Origin: the human T2T-CHM13v2.0 reference genome, Homo sapiens
Assembly (NCBI RefSeq): GCF_009914755.1
Contig: NC_060926.1
Strand: one strand, 5' to 3'
Length of the DNA stretch: 64,000 nt
Shown here: piece after piece, positions 56,760 through 64,000 of the stretch
Numbering within the stretch: the first letter of the stretch is position 1
Layout: each line of letters starts with the position of its first letter
Made by a program: the position numbers and the translations under genes
The notes under the pieces: model-generated
Seen by the model: only the letters and a program-made list of their open reading frames with translations
Databases searched by the model: none
What the model was told of the DNA's origin: nothing

Positions 56760-57790
56760 ACGCCTGGGTGTCAAATCGGTTTTGCTCATTGATGTGTATC
56801 TGTCAACTTCAGAACCGGCGTCCTGCATAGAGCCGCACGTGCATCGGCGCATTTTCCCTGCGGGAGGGCCGCGGCCCCACTGCGTGTGCCTCTCCTGGTG
56901 CCCTCCTGCCGGCGTCCAGCAGCCCTGGGAGACATGGGGAGGCGGGCCCTGGGCACCCTGCGCGCTGGCGGAAATGGCGCCCAGGGCCTCACTGCGCCTT
57001 TCTTGTCACAGGTTCTGTCCACGGTGTGTCCAGGAAAAGAGGAAGAAGAAGTAGGAGGAGCTGTGTGCCCGGATCCGAGGAGCAAGTTAATCTGTCCCTT
57101 CATTCGTGTCGCAATATTTCCCTTCCTTTTAAAACTACCTTGTTCGGTTGATACTTAGTAACTCCGTGGCCAGTTGAAGCGCTGGATGTTTCCTAGAACA
57201 AGAACCACCAAAGCCTGTTCGCACAGAAGGGCGACCTTGCAGGGACTCGCCGCCGCGACCTCAGTGTGGCTTTTACAGGACTCCCCCCGAGCATCAGCAG
57301 GGACCCCGGCGGACGTGGGCGGGCGCGCGTGAGCTCGGGCTGCCCGGCCGGGCGTGCGGGCGGGGACATGGTAACCTGGTCCACAGAGGGCGGCCGCCAC
57401 CCTCGCGTAGCTTTCCTGTGGTTTTCCAGGACTGTCCGGTACAGCCCGGGCTCCGCGTGCCCCGCCCGCTGGAGCACCTGCCACCGAGGCGCGCGTGGGG
57501 CCACTGCCGTGGCGGCGGCTGCCCTCCTCACACTCGGCTCCGCGCCGCCTCCGGCCACCGTGCGCTCCCGCGTGGGGCGCCTCGGATGGGCCCGGGAGGG
57601 CTGGGGGCTCTTCCCTGGAGGAAGCGGCCTCCGCTTCGCTGGCGCCGCCTTTTTAGCTTGGACTTCAGTCCTCCCTCGGGGACTCACCTCCGGAGTAAAC
57701 GGCTCTTCATTAGCTTGGAGTGGCCGCAGGTCCCGTGACCAGCACCCGCGAGACCCTGTGCGACAGCTGGGCTGATGCTCCGTTTCTCTG
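56760..57790. promoter_or_regulatory. Intragenic 3' CpG island over the ING5 last exon
   Basis: High CpG density (gcgcgcg, ccgccgcg) and GC boxes at 57240-57660. Confidence 0.75.
57012..57054 (+). CDS. ING5: ING5 exon 8 coding part: FCPRCVQEKRKKK*
   Basis: Acceptor tcttgtcacag; TAG at 57052-57054; total CDS 723 nt = 240 aa. Confidence 0.97.
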
Positions 57791-58824
57791 GGAATTGGTG
57801 ATTTTTTACTGTGAAGATGAAATTACCCTAATAGCATGAAGATCGTGGGTCTGTGTGTCCGTGAAGTGAGTCCCGTCTGCCAGGAGCTGACGAACCACGA
57901 ATGCTTCTGCCTGTGCTGTGCATTCCCAGGCCCGCAGCTCCCGGTCGAGGGGACTCCGATGTGAATTTGTTGTGAATTTGTTGTGCCACAATAGCAGTTC
58001 TGGAATGAAGCTAGGAAACTCGAGTGTGCTTTTTGTTTAATGAGCGTTCACCAAGCTGAGCCGGAGCCATCCTTTCGGTGGTAGTTGGGGAAGGCTATGC
58101 AGATTTGCTCTGTTGTGACGCGTTGGTGACGGTGCCCAGCCTGCGGTTCCCCACAGCATCGCAGGCGCTCGGAAATCCTCTCCCGTGCCTTTAGAGGAAG
58201 GAGAGGATTGCTGAGGAATGCAGGGACGCCTGTTTCTGTCCTCACACCACAGAAAGAAACCTGAGGGAAAACTGAGACGTGAGGTTCCTGATTTAAGAAG
58301 CCTGGGTTTCTTCATGGTGGGGGGCCATTTGGAATGACAGCCTCACTTCCTTCTGATGGCTACATCTGTATCTTTTCCTCCTGTGTTTAATGTTTCACTA
58401 GGGAGAGGAAATAAAGCAGAAGGAACGTGTGAAGCTCTGTGTCTCAGACGGGGCCCTCCCGTCGAGAAGCTGGTAGTCAGTGAGTGAGAACAAGAGAACA
58501 AGAACACCCTGAACAGTCCTGGTTGGGATGGTGTCCACATTCATGTTCTGCGGTTCTTGAACACACGGATGCCTCTGGGCCACCTGTCCTTTTCCGAGGG
58601 TGTGGGTGGGAGTGGATCCTCCGGGCGCAGGTGCCAGGCAGGTGCAGGCGGGCGGTCGGCCACTGCTGCTGCTCGTCCCTGCCAGTGTCTGGGCCTGAAG
58701 GGGCTCCCTCCAAGCGGTGCCTTCCTGCGGCTTAGAAGGGAAAGCGCCAGAGAGGGCAGGCTACAGTGCTTCACACCCTTCGCCACGGCTGTGAAACTGG
58801 AGATGGGTGGGTTTTGTATGTTAA

Positions 58825-59637
<813 letters not shown>

Positions 59638-60644
59638 AACACAGATGTTTATTGATCGTGGAGGATACATTGTGGAAAATGTTTTTCTCTCTTTTACCAT
59701 TTTTGGGAAGAGGGATAGGTAAGTGCAGGGAGTTTGTGCTGAAACAGCGCCTGGCAATTTTTCAGAAATGAATTTGATATTGCGCTCCACCTTTGAGCTG
59801 TTCACACCTGTGGCTACCCCTGGAAAGCGCTGGGGTTGTTGATGCTTTTGGCTGCCCGGCTTCCTGAGGTCTCGCTGCTTTTTGGGGAAAGATGACTGGC
59901 TTCCCTGTGGGACGCTTTTGTCTGACACGTGATGATGTGGTCCTGCCTGCCACTGTGCACCATCCCAGGTATTGAATTTTGACCTTTTCTTTTCAAGTTT
60001 CTGTGCTTAGTGTTTTTAATGTTTACTTTTGCCACTTACAATAATATCACCAAAATAATATGCATAGAGTTTTGGAAGAAACATAGAAAACATGAGCAGA
60101 ATGAGACAATTCCTTGGGCTGTAGTTTGGACCCAACTGAATCCTGAGTGCTCTGTGGCTGACGCTGTCTACCCGTGGGAGAGACACACTCAGGAGTGGCC
60201 GTTTGGCCAGAAAAGAAGGTCATGGCCCCTGGCCTGGCCCCCGCCCTGCAGGGACACAGAAGCCACACCATTTGCACCATCCACGCCTTGCTCCAGAAGG
60301 CCTGGCCGCCTTCTCCCTGGGGGTGATTCAAGGATTTGGTCTCGGACCAGACCCCCCTCCACAGCTGCCCGGCCCCAGACCCATCTCTTGGATTGAGGGT
60401 GTGTGGGCTGGAACCAGTGGGTCACTGTGGCAGCTTCATCTGAGCCGAAGGTGTGGGTCCTCTGTGGCTGTGCGATTCACCTCGATGGGAAGGAGCGTTC
60501 TACCCATTTTCCTTGTTTTCAGTGCTGCGGTATCAGTCAGTGATCTGAGGAAATCCTGTAGGGGAAGGCAGGCTGCAGTGAAAACAGGAGCTGGTGAAAC
60601 CGAGCCCTCTGCATCTGCGAATGTGCCCTAGGTGCTGCTGCTGG

Positions 60645-60824
60645 GGACATGGATGCCGAGCGGAGGCCTGCGTGGCCTCCTGAGCAGCAGCTGACCGCCC
60701 GTCTCATGCTGGACGGGACCCCTGGGCGGGTGGACATGAGACCACTGTTGGCCAGGGACGCCGTGCGGAGGCCTACGTGGCTGCCTGAGCAGCAGCTGAC
60801 CGCCCGTCTCACTGTTGGCCAGGG
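60645..60824. repeat. Imperfect local duplication, period 105 bp
   Basis: gga(t/c)gccg(a/t)gcggaggcct(g/a)cgtgg...cctgagcagcagctgaccgcccgtctca at 60651 and 60756. Confidence 0.8.
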
Positions 60825-61517
60825 CTTTGTGGCGTGGGTGTTTTCCAGTCTGCCTGGAGCAGCGAGAAGCAGCTGTGCAGACTGGTGGCGGTGGGAGGGT
60901 TTGCTGGGACTGATGGGGACACCGGCCAGCTTGTCTGGTGTCCAGCAGCCCTGCCGGACTTGGCCTCCTGTCCTGTCGTTGGGAGCCCTGGCTGGGGCTG
61001 CTTTGAGCAATGACGCTGGCCCAGAGCAGCTTCCCACATGACCCCAGAGCCGAGGGTCTGCCCTGTCCTAGGTTAGGTCTTCATGGTTTAGAGTAAAACC
61101 GTGAGGGATGTTAATTATGGGCATTGAAGACTTAAGGTTTTCTTAAATTTTTAGTGAGCAGTGATTGGCCTTCAATACTTGTGCTGAGAGGAATTTTAAG
61201 CCAGGGGAAGTGTAAGAAAATGTTCCCATTCAGGAGAGATTGTGTTGGAGTTTCTTTCTTCCTCTGTATGTATTTTGTGGTGTCCACCTTTAACCACGTT
61301 TCATCCAAAACGATGATGCAGCTTTAACATGAATGTTACATTTTTATTTTCAAGGAATTATTATCTATGTTCCCTTTGTAAAGGAAAGATAATGTTGTAA
61401 ATCTTTTTATTAGATAATGTAAAGATGTATATCAGTATTTTTGGATCATGTTATAGATTATGGATATATTGTTTAATAAATAAAGTATTTTTTGGAACAA
61501 ACAATTGAAAGTGCATC

Positions 61518-62115
61518 TGTATTAGCCCGTTTTCACGCTGCTGATAAAGACATACCCGAGATTGGGTAATTTGTAAAGAAAAAGAGGTTTTTTTTAAAAA
61601 AATTTTTCTTTTCTCTTTTTTTGAGACGGAGTCTTGCTCTGTCACCCAGGCTGGAGTGCAATGGCACTGCATGATTTCGGCTCACTGTAACATCTGCCTC
61701 CCGGGTTCAGGTGATTCTCCTGCCTCAGCCTCCTGAGTAGCTGGGACTACAGGCACGTGCCACCACGCCCTGCTAATTTTTGTATTTTTAGTAGAGATGG
61801 GGTTTTGCCATGTTGGCCAAGCTGGTCTTGAACTCCTGACCTCAGGTGATCTGCCTGCCTCAGCCTCCCAAAGTGTTGGGATTACAGGCGTGAGCCACCG
61901 CACCTGACAGAAAAAGAGGTCTGGTGGACCCTCAGTTCCACATGGCTGGGGAGGCCTCACAATCATGGCGGGAGACGAAAGGCTTATCTTACATGGCAGC
62001 AGACAATAGAAAATGAGAGCCAAGTGAAAGGGGTTTCCCCTTAAAAAAACCATCAGATCTCGTGAGACTTATTCACTACCACGAGAAAAGTATGGGGGAA
62101 CCACCCCCAAGACTC
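61518..62115 (-). mobile_element. THE1-type MaLR LTR interrupted by an Alu (~61600-61908)
   Basis: tgtattag..cacgctgctgataaagacatacccgaga; ggggaggcctcacaatcatggc; accatcagatctcgtgagacttattcactac; TSD agaaaaagagg around the Alu. Confidence 0.82.
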
Positions 62116-62349
62116 AGCATCATTTTGGGAAACAGGTGTAAAATGTCAGTGTTGTGCCCAGAGACAGGTGTGTGAAATTGAATTCTGAAGGGGTATGCAG
62201 TGATTGGAGAGTGGTTTGCGGAGCTTGCTGGCTGGGGGTCTGGGGAGGACCCTGTGCCTTACCTTGGGTGGTTGCTCAGGAAGCTCAGTGGCCAGTGCTG
62301 GGGCTCAAGTTGACTTCCAAGGAAGACGTGTGAGAATGCTGCAGTTGCT

Positions 62350-62646
62350 TTCTTTTTTTTTTGTTTGAGATGGAGTCTCACTCTGTTGCCCAGGCTGGAG
62401 TGCAGTGGTGCAATCTCTGCTCACTGCAAGCTCCGCCTCCCAGGTTCACGCCATTCTCCTGCCTGTGTCCCGAGTAGCTGGGACTACAGGCGCCCACCAC
62501 CATGCCCGGCTAATTGTTTGTATTTTTAGTAGTGACAGGGTTTCACCGTGTTAGCCAGGATGGTCTCGATCTCCTGACCTCGTGATCCGCCTGCCTCGGC
62601 CTCCCAAAGTGCTGGGATTACAGGCGTGAGCCACCACGCCCGGCCG
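62350..62646 (-). mobile_element. AluY-like with TSD gctgcagttgctttct
   Basis: Full-length Alu with a flanking direct repeat. Confidence 0.9.
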
Positions 62647-62729
62647 CTGCAGTTGCTTTCTAAAGGAGTACTGTGCTTGCTCTGGAAGGGCAAGACTTAC
62701 CGTGTTGCACTTGCCTTTTGGAAGCTGCT

Positions 62730-63451
62730 GGAGTCAGCTTAGGCTCTGTATTAGTCCATTCTTGTATTGCTATAAAGAACGACCTGAGACTGTGTAATTT
62801 ATAAAGAAATGAGGTTTAATTGACTCACAGTTCTGCAGGCTGTACAGGAAGCGTGGTGCGGAGGCCTCAGGAAACTTACATCATGGCAGAAGGCGGAGGG
62901 GAAGCAAGCACGTTTTACCACGGCAGACCAGGAGAGAAAGGGAGCAAAGGGGAAAGGTGCCACACTTTTAAACAAGCAGGTCTCCTGAGAGTTCACTTAC
63001 CTCCACAAGAACAGCAAGGGGAAATCTGCGCCCATGAGCCAGTCACCTCCTACCAGGCCCCTCCCCCAACATTGGGGATTATGGGCGGGGACACAAATCC
63101 AAACCATATCAGGCTGTTATCACAATACCACAGACTGGGAGGCTTAAGAAAAATGTCTTATATTTCTGGAGATTGGAAGTCCAAGATTAAGGCGCTGGGG
63201 TTGTCTGGTGCCTGTCCAGGGCTCTTCCCTTGGGTTGTGAACACTGCCTTCTCATGTGTGCCTACGAAACTGACTGGGAGAGGGAGCTCTCTGGTGTCTC
63301 TTATTTTACGGATGCCTGTCCTGTCGGATCAGGACCCCACCCTTGTGACTGACTTTAACCTTAATTACTTCTTCAGAAGTTCCATCTCCAAATACGGCCA
63401 TATTGGGGGTTACAGCTTCTGCATACGAATTCTGGGGGACACAAACATAAC
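62730..63451 (-). mobile_element. MST-type LTR (62747-63111) nested in an MLT1 LTR
   Basis: tgtattagtccattc...gacacaaatccaaaccatatca MST ends; MLT1 motifs resume afterwards (ggaagtccaagattaagg, gggggacacaaacat). Confidence 0.78.
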
Positions 63452-63582
63452 AGGAGCTGATGGGTCTCAAGATGTTGCCTTGAGGAGTGCATTAACAGAA
63501 CCTGGGAAGAGCTTGGTCATCACGAGGTACAGTCGGCCTCTCACCCACCGTCCAGGTGAAAACCAATCCGTAGACTGGAGTC

Positions 63583-63780
63583 CTCGCTGGAAGAGGAGGC
63601 TGAGATGCTGGGGGAAGGCCCCACAACGCCGAAACCAGCACCTGCCATCTCGCTGGAAGAGGAGGCTGAGATGCTGGGGGAAGGCCTCACAATGCGGAAA
63701 CCAGCACCTGCCATCTCGCTGGAAGAGGAGGCTGAGATGCTGGGTGAGGGCCCCACAACGCTGAAACCAGCACATGCCGT
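63583..63780. repeat. VNTR, 3 x 66 bp
   Basis: ctcgctggaagaggaggctgagatgctggg...gaaaccagcac(c/a)tgcc at 63583, 63649 and 63715. Confidence 0.95.
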
Positions 63781-63879
63781 ATTTTCCTCCAAGCATTCTC
63801 TGAGGGTACATGTGGGCTTTGCTAGGGTGACTATGCCCTGGGAAAAAGAAAAATCAGTTGTTATTATTTTCTGAGACAG

Positions 63880-64000
63880 TTTTTTTTTTTTTTTTTGAGA
63901 CAGAATCTCACTCTGTCGCCAGGCTGGAGTGCAGTGGCGTGATCTCAGCTTACTGCAACCTCTGCCTCCCAGGTTCAAGCCATTCTCTTGCCTCAGTCTC
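63880..64000 (-). mobile_element. Alu (partial, runs off the window end)
   Basis: Poly-T followed by Alu right-arm consensus. Confidence 0.9.

Noticed and set aside
62820-63764. 314-aa ORF
   Set aside because: Runs through MST and MLT1 LTR remnants and the 66-bp VNTR; chance open frame with no ATG at the listed start

Overview
Human (great-ape-type) genomic DNA, recognisable as the distal 2q37.3 ATG4B-DTYMK-ING5 locus. It is GC-rich and very Alu-dense. The window holds the last four coding exons and 3'UTR of ATG4B (+), the complete 5-exon thymidylate kinase gene DTYMK (-, 212 aa) and the complete 8-exon ING5 gene (+, 240 aa, with a GC-AG intron 4 and a ~4.4-kb 3'UTR). I assembled all exon boundaries by hand and the reading frames close exactly. 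Most ORFs in the supplied track are Alu-derived or GC-rich spurious frames. There is no CRISPR array, rRNA, tRNA or foreign insert, and I cannot support a wholly new gene system. The most notable signals are: (1) a head-to-head Alu pair homogenised over 176 bp whose target-site duplications are swapped, which records a spacer inversion; (2) splice-site architecture that would remove functional ends from all three proteins (ATG4B LIR, ING5 PHD finger, ING5 N-terminal helix, 24 aa of DTYMK); (3) a GC donor plus NAGNAG acceptor in the ING5 basic/NLS region; (4) two in-frame VNTRs. Repeat boundaries and subfamily names are approximate and were judged by eye.
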